Shown here one piece after another: positions 19,368 to 29,511 of a stretch of DNA of 64,000 nucleotides; the first letter of the stretch is position 1; each line of letters begins with the position of its first letter. The position numbers and the translations under genes are program-made. A model generated the notes under the pieces. The model did no database searches and was not told the DNA's origin. It saw only the letters and a program-made list of their open reading frames with translations. The DNA comes from an uncultured Acidobacteriota bacterium (GTDB lineage Bacteria; Acidobacteriota; UBA6911; RPQK01; JAPXNP01). The DNA is taken from assembly GCA_963777605.1 (NCBI GenBank), contig CAVZRV010000029.1, positions 256,001 through 320,000 on the forward strand, given 5' to 3'.

Positions 19368-20738
19368 CTACTCGGTCGCGGGGACGACACTCTCCCCAGC
19401 CATCGTGCTTTTCCGCTTCTTCAGGTATTGGTAGATTCCCTCTTCAGCCATCACCTCTTCAATCTCTTCGACTGTTCGCGGGACGAGATGGGTCAAGTTC
19501 TCACAACCATCTTCAGTGATTAAGACGGTATTCTCTATCTTTACTCCATCGATGACATTTCCATCCTTATCTCTGATCTTGATGGCTGGATCAGAGGCCA
19601 CCACCATTCCAGGTTTGAAGTATGTGGTTTTCGAGGAGATTCCGGCGCCGATCACATCATGCACGTCGAGCCCAATCCAGTGATTCGCCTCGATTCGATA
19701 GACGCCCTCTCTTTCCAGGTCGATACCCTGCTTGGCGAGAATCTCACGAACCTCAGCCTCCATATCGATGCTCCTGATGCCGGGCCGGAAGACCTTCCTC
19801 ATGGCTTCCTCAACGGCATAAATTATTCCATTCAGACGTTTCTGCTCCGGTGTAAACTTGCCGTTTATCGGAAATGTCGATGAAATGTCGACGACGTAAT
19901 GACCATATTCTCCACCCACATCGGGCATCACGATATCGCCGTCTTTGATTCTTCTGGAGTTTTGGGAGTAATGAGAGTCATACCACTTCGGGTCCGACGG
20001 GATAATGGGAGGATACCCGAATCCCTGGCCGCCAAGTCTCTTTATCTCATATTCGAAAATGGCCTCCAGTTCCCATTCGTACATCCCCGGCTCAGCAGAT
20101 CTCAGCACTTCCATGTAAGCCAGACTAGAAATCCTGGCCGCCTCTCGCATCACTTCGATTTCCGCCGGACTCTTGATGACTCTCAGTTCGGCAATCGCAC
20201 GGTTCAGATCGGAAAAGCGAAACGATGGGAAATTCTTCTTGATCTGATTGATAAAATGAACTTCTCTGGACAACCTGTTACTGGGATCGACCAGCCCTTT
20301 CGGTTGATACCCGGCATCATCACGATCGAATGGAGTGTAAATATGGTTCGTTTCCGCCTGAAATTCGAAAAGAATACGGCCAAGGTGGGAGACAGGCCGC
20401 ACTTCTTCGATACCCGTTTCTTCTTTGATCTTTTCCTCGGATGATATTTCGGGCAGGAAGAGAGTACTCTCCTTCTTTATTCCGTCTATGATCAGAATGC
20501 AATCAGGATCCTCGACTCCGGTGAAATAGATGAAGTTACTGTTCTGTTTCTCTCCTTCAGCGCCGACAAACAAAGCAATTCCGTCGGGAATCGACTTCAT
20601 CAACTGTGCTCTTCTGCGCTCGTATTCACTTTTTTCGAAGACTCCACCGGCGCACACTGTGGTTATGCTCAAAACTACTAGAACATTCAATATCGCAGAA
20701 AACCTGATTCGCACGATTCGACCTCCCGAGTTGAGCAA
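19368..20738 (-). CDS. exported Xaa-Pro aminopeptidase (M24B)
   Basis: NFIYFTG, LRVIKSPAEIE, DVGGEYGHYVVDIS, HWIGLDVHD, GVKIEN. Confidence 0.9.
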   Translation of the reverse strand: MLNSGGRIVRIRFSAILNVLVVLSITTVCAGGVFEKSEYERRRAQLMKSIPDGIALFVGAEGEKQNSNFIYFTGVEDPDCILIIDGIKKESTLFLPEISSEEKIKEETGIEEVRPVSHLGRILFEFQAETNHIYTPFDRDDAGYQPKGLVDPSNRLSREVHFINQIKKNFPSFRFSDLNRAIAELRVIKSPAEIEVMREAARISSLAYMEVLRSAEPGMYEWELEAIFEYEIKRLGGQGFGYPPIIPSDPKWYDSHYSQNSRRIKDGDIVMPDVGGEYGHYVVDISSTFPINGKFTPEQKRLNGIIYAVEEAMRKVFRPGIRSIDMEAEVREILAKQGIDLEREGVYRIEANHWIGLDVHDVIGAGISSKTTYFKPGMVVASDPAIKIRDKDGNVIDGVKIENTVLITEDGCENLTHLVPRTVEEIEEVMAEEGIYQYLKKRKSTMAGESVVPATE

Positions 20739-20744
20739 AGCCTG

Positions 20745-23700
20745 CTAGTTCTGTCTGCTCCTGCCCAGTTCCAACAAGGCCCACTCAGCTGCGCTTTTCA
20801 AAACGTTTCTAGGCGACTTCATCGTTAACGCTTCCTTCAAAAACGCTTCTTCTGAAGAATTTCCGCATTTTCCAATCGACCTCAGGATTTCCGCCTGGGC
20901 CAGATAGCTATTCTCTGATCGGAATTGTTCCATTAGGAAAGAGACCCATTTCCGATCCCTCAGTCCCCCGATAATCCGAAAGACCGACGCTCTCACTTGA
21001 GAGTTTTCATCCTTGCCAATCTCTTTCAGGAGATTCTCGTTCATGACACCCGCGAACTCCCTCAAAGCCTCAACGGCACTCCTCCTGACGGCCCAGAATG
21101 GGTCATCTTGCGCACTTTTGGACAACTGATCTCTTACACGCTGGTACTCTTCAAACTTTCCCAGCTCCGATGCGGCCCAGCTTCTTCCGATGACGTCATC
21201 ATTCGCCAGCTGAAAGAGAAGTTCATCCACCTCTTTCTCAAAGGTCCACTCTTTCAGCAGATAATTCCCCTCGTCGAACCGGACCAGAAGAGGCTTTTCA
21301 TCTCGCGGCGAAGTCAAATGTCTGTTCCCTCTGGTTGATCCAGACTTCTTTGGAAGTCCTTCCTCTTGAGGTGACGATCCCGACCACAACGGGCATATGA
21401 TAGACGGCATTTCCCGACCTGAAATCTTGAATCTGGCTAACTTTCAACCGGACAGTGCCGGAATTCTCAAGCCACTGGTAACTAACATCGAATACGGGGT
21501 GTCCCGCCTTATAAATATATTGGTCGAAGAACCAGTCCATGTTACGCCCTGTCGTTTCCTTCACGGCCAACATAAAATCATGAGTATCTACAGGCTGAAA
21601 CTCATGCTTGTGGAGAAAATTCTTTAACACTCTGAAGAACGGCGCATCACCCAAAATGTACCGCAACATGTGAAGGACGCAGGCCCCCTTTGGATAGGTA
21701 TGGCTGTCAAAATTCTGGCCAGGTTCTTCATAGCGCGTAAATACAATAGGTCGAGTGTATTCACGCCGAGCCTCTTCGAAATAGTCGTTCTTCTTTTGCA
21801 GCAGAGCGATTGCACATTCATCTTCGCCCTTGTCAAAGCAAGTGTAGAGATAATCCGAATAGGTTGCAAAACTCTCGTTCAGCCAAGTTTCGGACCATGT
21901 TCTCAAGGTGACAAGGTTCCCAAACCATTGATGCGCCACTTCGTGAGCAATAATTCTCTGCCAGGAGTAATCTTTGTCGGCTTTCCTGTCATAAATGACG
22001 TTCTGCCCGAGAATTGTCGCCGATGTTGCTTCCGCTCCTCCTCCCTGGGTCGGTGTTTCCACCTGATCATATTTTGCCCAAGGGTAGTCGTAGCCGAAGA
22101 GATTGCTGAAGAAATCGATCATCTCGGGCGTCTTCTTGAAGATCCGGCGCGCATCTTCGACATCTTGTTCATAAACCCAGTAATTGACGGGAAGAGAGCC
22201 TAGAGAATCTTCAATGACGGCAAAGGGGGCAATGGCTACCATGGATAGATAGGTCGAATGAGGTTCTTCTATTTAGGTTCTGCTTGAGGGCCTTGAACAT
22301 CAGCTCGATCTGCCATCGTTCCTTGTAAATGGCCGCGATGGTCGCCGGGACGAGTTTGAACAGGTTGGTCAGAAACGCAGGCGCCCTGGACGGGATCGTC
22401 GATTTCGACGAGGCGGAAGCGACAGGGCCGTCCTTGGTGCAGGAGGCCGTAGAGATGGATGATCTGATCGGAGACGACGGGAGAGTTCTCGGGCAGCGGA
22501 AGCTGCTTGACCACCCCGTAGTTGGCGTTGCTTTTCAGCCGGGTGACGAAGAAGACCCCTGCTCGGTGAGGTCGCGTACCAGCGTAGTCGGTATAGCCCG
22601 GTCGAAGACGACAATGGTCCCCGCTTCGAAGTGCAGCTGCGGCCGGCCGTCAGATCGGAGACGGCGCCTTCGGTGATGCAGGCGAATTCGGCAAGTAGCC
22701 GTCGTGATCCAGAAGGAGGTGGAGATTGACGGCCCCTTTGGTGCGCTGGAACGGGCCCAGTCGAATAGCGAGCACACAGATCGATCACGGTGGCGTCCAG
22801 GCTGACCAGCGGGTTTTTGAAGCGGAACGGCTTGCGGCGCCGGCCACGGTCAGCGTCCGGCACCGATCGAGCAGGCAATGGAACACCTGCTCGTAAAGCT
22901 CCCAGGGACGGTGCTCGTTGGCATAGGACAGAGTCGAGCGCTTGGGAATCCGGATGCCGAGGTGGCCAATTTGCCTTCGCAACTGGCCAGCCCACCGCAG
23001 ATTTCCCGCAGGCTTTGGGCTTTGCCCAGGTGGCAGAACAGCATGGAAACGAACTGGGTCCAGCAGCCGAAACCCCGGGCGTGGCGCTCGGCTTTGGTCT
23101 CTCGGACCAATTCTGGAACTCGAGACGCGGAAAAAGCTGGAGAAGTTGGCTGAAAATGCTGCAAAATCGATTCACGGGCTGGGTCTCCTCTTCGATTGGA
23201 TCTGTTTGACAACCCAATGTACGAGGGCGGCTCAGCTCAACCTGAATCTAATTGGGACCAGTGATACGTGACGGTCCCATCCAGATGTTCGGTGACCTTC
23301 TCGAGCCGTCCATTGGAGAGGACTTTATTCGGTTTTTCAACAGTGGCGATCAACTCCATCGTGACCTTGTCATGAGGGTAGTCGTAGCATGGAAACCAGT
23401 ATCGGGCCTCATCGGGCCAGGAATCGGTGGAGACCATCCTGGGATTTCGGTCAGTCTCATCGCTGAAGAAGAGGCCTTGTTCAGGGTTAGTTACATGATA
23501 TCGGACCGTAAAGGTCAGATCCTCACCGTAGCCATAGGTCCGGGGAAAAGAGATGATCAGCTTCTCACCGCTCTGCTCGAACGTGAGTGGCAAATACCGA
23601 CCATCGAAAACTTCTGTAATAACCAGGCCAGCTGCATCCAGAACGCATTTCTGAAAGCCATCTGTCAATGGCGTCAAAGTCACTCTATTCTCGCCCCAGA

Positions 23701-23872
23701 GTCTCTTCTTATTTAGATCGAAGTTCAGTTTCAGACGATAATGTCGAGCATCGAAATCATGGCTTCTCTCTACCTGTTCGGGTCTTTTATAGACATCAAT
23801 ATTCTGGGCTGAAATGTTTACCGCGCAGAGAACAAGGGCAATAGCCGTGATTTTGAAGATCTTCATTTGCAT
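20745..23872 (-). pseudogene. M1 aminopeptidase with C-terminal HEAT repeats, interrupted by IS4 and frameshifted
   Basis: ARYWFPCYDYP (5' part), GGGAE, IAHEVAHQWFG-x-WLNESFA, HEAT repeats; IS4 DNA lies between YHWS and IEEPHSTYL. Confidence 0.88.
22272..23263 (-). mobile_element. IS4-family remnant related to 13227-14180, many indels, 3' end missing
   Basis: Nucleotide similarity to the first copy; retains the HDGYLP to RWQIEL region absent from the first copy; left end cactggtcccaattag. Confidence 0.85.
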
Positions 23873-24109
23873 TCTGGATGATCAACGATACGGCAAGCGT
23901 TGTAAAGGCTCAGCGGGGTTAAGCCGGACTGGCCGACCTGTGGCCAAACGCCTCTTCGGTCTCCCTCAGCGCTGCTACGTTTTTGAGAAGAAGGGATTCG
24001 GCCACACTGCTGTACTTCCAGCTGACGGCTGATCCCGCGGTCCGGAATCCCGCGGCTCTGATTCTGGTGCGGACAGCGCAGTACTGCTCAATTCGACACG
24101 CAGCCACAG

Positions 24110-24645
24110 CCAAGCCGACTCTGGGTGCGGGCGTCCCGTGGTCTTGGGAGCGCACACACTCAGTAGCGAAGAACTCGCACCCGCTGCGAGAGTGGACCCC
24201 AGGGCCCTTTATCGTCTTCTCCGCACGTTAAGCACGGTGGGCGTTGTCTCGGAGTCGCGCGACCAAAGATTCACGTTGGGGCCCCTCGGAGAGGCGTTGC
24301 GAAGCGACGCGTCCTGTTCGATGCGGGCTTGGGCCATCTTCAGCGGCGAGCCCTTCTATTTGCAGGCGTGGGACCAGATCGTTCATAGCATTCAGACCGG
24401 CCAGCCCGCCTGGGAGCACGTACATGAGATGCCCATATTGAGTACATCGGAAAGCACCCGGACACAGGGCAGATCTTCGATCAGGCGATGACCAGTCTCT
24501 CCGCGAGAGAAGCTCCAGCGATCATCGATGCGTACGACTTCTCCAGCACTCGCAAGTTGGCAGACATCGGCGGTGGCCAGGGTCTGCTTCTGCGCACGAT
24601 TCTCAAGTCCCATGCCAACATGACTGGCATCCTTTTCGATCGCCA
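24110..24645 (+). pseudogene. O-methyltransferase (family 2) fragment
   Basis: ALYRLLRTL dimerisation region, YDFSSTRKLADIGGGQG SAM motif, GILFD, then abrupt end. Confidence 0.8.
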
Positions 24646-24878
24646 ACCCCGCTCTATCTTCCTCAAGTCTTTGCTGCAGTCGTGTAACTGGAACGCAAAC
24701 CCACAACCTCGACTTCAATACGAATCACTCTCAGCCAGCGAAGTAGGAATCGAAATCACTGATCGTCTTTGTTCCTTGGCCCGCCCCGGGCAAGCTCCAG
24801 AACACCGTTCGGACGGGCCTTTCCCCCTCTTTCCCGTACCTTGAACCACGAGCCATGAACCCGTTGCAGAGCCTAGAT

Positions 24879-25062
24879 TGTGCCCGAAGTGTGCCCGCGG
24901 GAATCACGTCTAATCTCACGCAATCCAATTCCAGCCAAAAGTCGACTTTCAGCCCGACGCGGCTTCTCTCTATATTTCAACACCTTACAGGAGCACGCAG
25001 CAGCCCTTAAAATCCTGTGGGGGGGAACCCCCGTACGGGTTCGATTCCCGTCCGGGGCATTT
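24879..25062 (+). repeat. att-like site C (tRNA-Leu 3' half at 25006-25059)
   Basis: TGTGCC 24879 and 24890; TTTCAAcaccTTA 24975-24987; acceptor-strand variant CCGGGGCA. Confidence 0.92.
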
Positions 25063-25421
25063 GCCTTCGGAAATCCCAAGGTCCAAGGGTCCAAATCTCA
25101 GGGCCGACGGGACCGATGGGACGGATGGAACTGGGGGGCGGGACGGCTTTGCGGCAATGCGACGGCCTGGGACGATGGACCAATCCGGGGGGCACGCAAC
25201 CGATGGTGGAGCGATCTCGGCCAGTGTCCCATGGGTCCCATGGAAGTCCCATCAGTCTCAGGCCGTGCCATTTTCCGCGAAGCCTCAGCCCCATACTCTT
25301 CACCCGTCCGATCGGTAAGACATCCTGGTCATTCTCATTGTTCGGGTCGGCCACCGTCGTGATGCCTGCGGGTAGCAGGACAGCATCAACCGGAGGCACA
25401 GAGAGATGCTGGTCAGGGAAG

Positions 25422-27186
25422 TCAGTAGCCGATACGAAGCGGAAGGCTCCAAGTATCCAGCTCGACCGGATCCGCCGGGGCATTGGTGATGGCAGCCGTG
25501 TCGACGTTCTGGCGGACGCTCATCATCGAGATACCATACTCGCAGGAGATGGACGCCGATCCCAGGAAGGGCTGCCCAATGGAGATGTGACCACGCGAAA
25601 AACTCGTCGGCGAAACGGCTCTTCTGTTCAAAGCCGCGGAGATCGAGGCTGGAGGATCCCAAAAGAGCTCCCCCCATCCCCTCATACAAGTTGAGTTGAC
25701 AGTGGTTCATCTTTGAACTGGCGTTCTGAATCGCCAGGCCTTGGCGGACTTGGTGGCTCTGCTGAATGGGGGTTCTCCAGGTCTTCGAATAGCGCCCGGG
25801 CAGCACGGTCACCTCGGGTCCATCCAGGGACCAGAAGCCCGAGACCGAATAAGAGCCCAGCCCCGTGAACCGTGTTGTCGCCGGCACGATATCGTCGAGA
25901 TCGGACGACACTTCCTTGGTCTCCATCGGATCTACTTGGATGGTCTTCTCCTCCATCAGAACACCTTCCGGCGAATAGAGGGCTACATCGACCTCCATTG
26001 GAGTCCGCTCGAAGCTGGAGAGCAAATACCTGGTTGCGCCGGGCACACTCTGGGGGGCAAATCGGAGATTCCCCAGATTCAGGTCCGCCGCCTTGAACTC
26101 GCCGCCCACATTACCGAGGATCCATCCCTTGCCCCGTTCCTGATCGACATCGAAGCCCAGAATATCGTCGAAGTCGGTATCGAACCGACCGAAGAGCCGG
26201 ATCGGGTCATCGGCGCCCACATCGCTGTACTCGAGCCCGTACAAGCGGGAACCCCAGGAGACCGCAGCCCGATTCATACCCAGTGGCCCGGCGGAGAAGC
26301 TGGTGCCCGCGGTTGACGGAAACAGGAACGTCTCTTTGGCGAAAGTCTTGCCGGCAGGGTCGTAGAGGTAGGAAACCAGATGATCCTCTCCGGGCAGCAA
26401 GTAGCTCGATCGAGTGCCCAGATTGACGACACCGGACGATCTCCCATACTCAGCCTCGAAGCCGGGCGCGGATGTGATGTTTCCGAGATCCGTCACGGTG
26501 TGGGAAAAATCGGAGTACTTGAGATCGATGGCCTGCAACTTCCAGTCTTTTGTCGTCGCAAAGATCGAGAAGAGGCCCAGTTCGTCGTTGGCCACGATGC
26601 GAGGGCGAATCCCTCCCGTGGATCTCGACAGATAGGAGGCACTGAGGTTGAGGTCGACCTGATTGTAGAGCGAGTTGGTTCCGCAATAGACCCGCAGTTC
26701 CTCTTCGAGCTGGTGAATTCCGATTGCGCAGGTCAGCCCGTCCGCGGACGTGGCGAGGTCCGCATCGGCAAAATTCGCACCGCCCGGGGCTGTGTAGAAC
26801 TCCTCCCAGTCGCCCGCCACGCTGATCTGGGCCACATGGAGCGAACCCGCTTCCGTGAGAGCGGCCCTGTAAGAGAGAGGACTCGCGCTCGGCGCGGTGC
26901 TGATGGAGGAAAAACTGGAGTTTGGCTGAAGGACGACGGCACTGCCATCCCGGTTGAAATGGGTCAGATTGTCGGAACCCGCGGTGACGCCCGGGGTGAT
27001 GGCCAGTACCGCCGAAAGATCTCGTGCCGGCGCGATGGCCGAAGCCTCCACTTCAGATACTGTGAAGCTCGAGGACGTTCTCGTTCCATCCACCACGGGA
27101 ACCCCGGCGTTCAAGCAGGGAATCAGACAGACTGCAAACATGACAACCAGACCTTTTCTTGTACGACTCACGATCTCTCCTTTCAC
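25422..27186 (-). CDS. large exported protein of unknown function, frameshift near 25600
   Basis: Signal peptide, beta-rich body, GLAIQN...SRFADEFF motif; plausible C-terminus in the alternate frame ending at 25422. Confidence 0.65.
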
Positions 27187-27289
27187 TGATCGCCTGATCT
27201 CGAGTCAGGCGGCAGGTTGGGTGGCCGGACATGAGTCAGCCGATGCCGAGGGGGCAGAGTGTTCAGGTCTCTCGTGAGCGATGAAGCTT

Positions 27290-27660
27290 GGCCGAAACGT
27301 CCGGCTTGCCGGATTTGAGAGCGAGTATGCCACCGAGCGATGCGAGGCGCAAGTCGTCCAGCGCCTGCATGGCCCGCGACTTTCAAGAGCGGATCGGGAT
27401 CCTGACGAGGTCCGACTTCGCGTGGCGGGGCGAATGGACAGTCTCGGGGCGGCCCTCCGCATCGGCAACGAGTTGGTGTCTCTCTACACGTGCGGACCTG
27501 CTGGCGGCGGTGGCGTTACGAAGTCGTCGCGCGAAATCGACGCGAAGGGCTGCACCTTCATACCGAGGGACATTGTCGAGACCAGGGTCCAGTTCCTGGA
27601 GACAAAGTCAGTGAAGCTGAGAGAAATTGCACACTGTCGGGCCGGAGACGAGGGGGATCT
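27290..27660 (+). pseudogene. AtuA (DUF1446) C-terminal fragment plus start of the adjacent AtuA-related small protein
   Basis: EVRLRVAGR...IGNELVSLYTCGPAGGGG and VKLREIAHCRAGDEGD. Confidence 0.7.
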
Positions 27661-27861
27661 ATCTCAGCCTCAACCGAAGGGATCGGACGACCCTCTTCAT
27701 CGGTCACCTGTAGGATCAGCTCAGCTGCGGACAGTTCCACCATCAGGGCAAGAAGGCAGAGCAGAATGACGGATGTCTTTCCCTTGATCACGATGGTCGT
27801 CTCGCAAAGCTCATCCTATCGGCCGGTTTGGTGGAGGGCAAGGTTCAATTCGCCAGGGGGA

Positions 27862-28555
27862 CTAGTCGGGCTTCATGGTGATCACGACGGTGAAGATGAC
27901 GGATACGGGTTCTCCGCCAAGGTAGGTCGGCTCCCATGTCCATTGTCTGACCGCCTCGGTTGCGGCCTCCGCCAGTTTGCGATTCCCTCGAATAGTCTTC
28001 ACGTCCACGACGCTTCCCGTCTTGTCGGCCGTCACCTGGAGCAGGATGGTTTCTCTCGATTCCTTCCTGTCTGCGCGCCTGGGATAGACCGGCGGGACGA
28101 AAACCCGGAGTTTCCGTTCCTGAACGCGCTCACCAACCCGGATCGGTTTTCGACCGCCGTGGGGCGGTGGCTTGTTCACGATCTGAGAGCCTCGGATCAC
28201 AGATAGCTTTAGCGACAGCCTGAAGGGAATAGGTTGGGTGCACGTTCGGCTGAAGCCAGAGTTTCAGGAACGATCCAGGTTTGAGTGCGTCGAAATCAGC
28301 GCGCTTGAGCGGTTCGAGATAGATCTCAGTATCGGCGGTGACCGTTATCGAGGTAACGAGATTCTCATCCGAAGGCTCAAATCGGCCTCCCTCATTCCGG
28401 AAGACGGAGAACTCTCCGATGACTCTCCCCGGTTGGTCAAACTTGGTGACTTGCTTGATGAAGCCCCGGAGGTCTGGCGTTCCATGGGGAGGAGCCGACG
28501 GCACATTGCAAGCGAGAGCCTGGAGGACGAGGACCAACTGAAGGCTTACCAACAT
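27862..28555 (-). pseudogene. second copy of the TonB C-terminal domain gene, frameshifted
   Basis: Near-identical to 8465-9157 apart from small indels. Confidence 0.85.
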
Positions 28556-28705
28556 CTCACCAACTTAGACTGCACTGGCGGCTTCTTTGTTCCCGCCTTT
28601 CGCCCGGTCGAGATCTGGTCCATCACATCGTAGCTGATCTCATAGAGTTGAGCGTTTGGTCACATCGTGTTGGTGCATCCTCTGACACGCGAGTATTCTT
28701 GACCA

Positions 28706-28894
28706 GTGAAGGTCAGGGATCTGATCAGGTTAATCGAAGAGGACGGATGGCGGCAGGCTCGAACCCGGGGCAGTCATCGTCAATTCAAGCACTCGGAGAA
28801 GCGTGGACTGGTGACGATTTCGGGTAAGATGGGAGATGAACTCGCTCCTGGCACGTTGAACAGCGCTCTGAAACAGGCAGGACTCAAAAGATGA
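28706..28894 (+). CDS. hicA: HicA family toxin, copy 2
   Basis: 59 of 62 aa identical to 9308-9496. Confidence 0.92.
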   Translation: MKVRDLIRLIEEDGWRQARTRGSHRQFKHSEKRGLVTISGKMGDELAPGTLNSALKQAGLKR

Positions 28895-29106
28895 AGCGTT
28901 ATTTGATTGTTATCGAGCAAACAGAAACCGGGTTTTCAGCCTACTCTCCCGATCTGGACGGCTGCATCGCCACGGGCGCTACGCAAGAAGAGGTAGAGCG
29001 GAGAATGAGGGCGGCCATTGAGTTCCACCTTGAAGGACTCAAAGAAGAGGGTTGTCAAATTCCGGAGCCTCATACGGAATCCCGGTATGTCGATGTAGCT
29101 GTTTGA
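28891..29106 (+). CDS. hicB: HicB family antitoxin, copy 2
   Basis: 67 of 71 aa identical to 9493-9708. Confidence 0.92.
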   Translation: MKRYLIVIEQTETGFSAYSPDLDGCIATGATQEEVERRMRAAIEFHLEGLKEEGCQIPEPHTESRYVDVAV

Positions 29107-29150
29107 GCGACTTGCGCTGGGAAGAAATTGCCTGAACCTGGGTTCGGAAG

Positions 29151-29335
29151 TGTGCCCACATTGTGCCCGCGGGAATCTCGTCTGATCTCACCTAATCCAA
29201 CTCCAGCTCAAGGTCGATTCTTTGGACTGACGCAGATTCTCTTTATATTTCAATCACTTACAGGATCACGCAACAGCCCTTAAAATCCTGTGGGGGGGAA
29301 CCCCTGTACGGGTTCGATTCCCGTCCCGGGCATTT
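29151..29335 (+). repeat. att-like site D (tRNA-Leu 3' half at 29279-29332)
   Basis: TGTGCC 29151 and 29162; TTTCAAtcacTTA 29248-29260; same core as site B with one variable-arm change. Confidence 0.92.
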
Positions 29336-29379
29336 CAAAGTGCGAAATTCGAAGTGCGAAGTGCGAATTTCCGCTTTCG

Positions 29380-29398
29380 TCGTTAAGTTGACAGTACC
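29380..29398 (+). mobile_element. solo IS6-type terminal inverted repeat
   Basis: tcgttaagttgacagtacc versus tcgttaagttgacaatgcc at 19197-19215. Confidence 0.7.
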
Positions 29399-29511
29399 CG
29401 GGCCAGTTTTCTCCTCCGAGCCTTTTAGTCCTGTGTGGCGGCTGCCGAAGGTCCCCTCACCGAGGCAAAGAGGAAGGGAGAGCATCAGGTCGTCGGCTGT
29501 CGGGCAGTAAA

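Larger units (their letters stand above)
27661..29335 (+). repeat. ~1.67-kb direct duplicate of 8264-9937
   Basis: Same order: 5' stub of the Cys-cluster gene, tonB-like gene, hicAB, att-like site. Confidence 0.95.

Noticed and set aside
6379-29332. Four functional tRNA-Leu genes
   Set aside because: No acceptor 5' strand or D-arm upstream, and the anticodon stem cannot fully pair (cagcc versus tcctg); these are 3' halves only
6252-29335. CRISPR array
   Set aside because: Repeats are ~185 bp and kilobases apart; no short repeat-spacer periodicity and no cas genes
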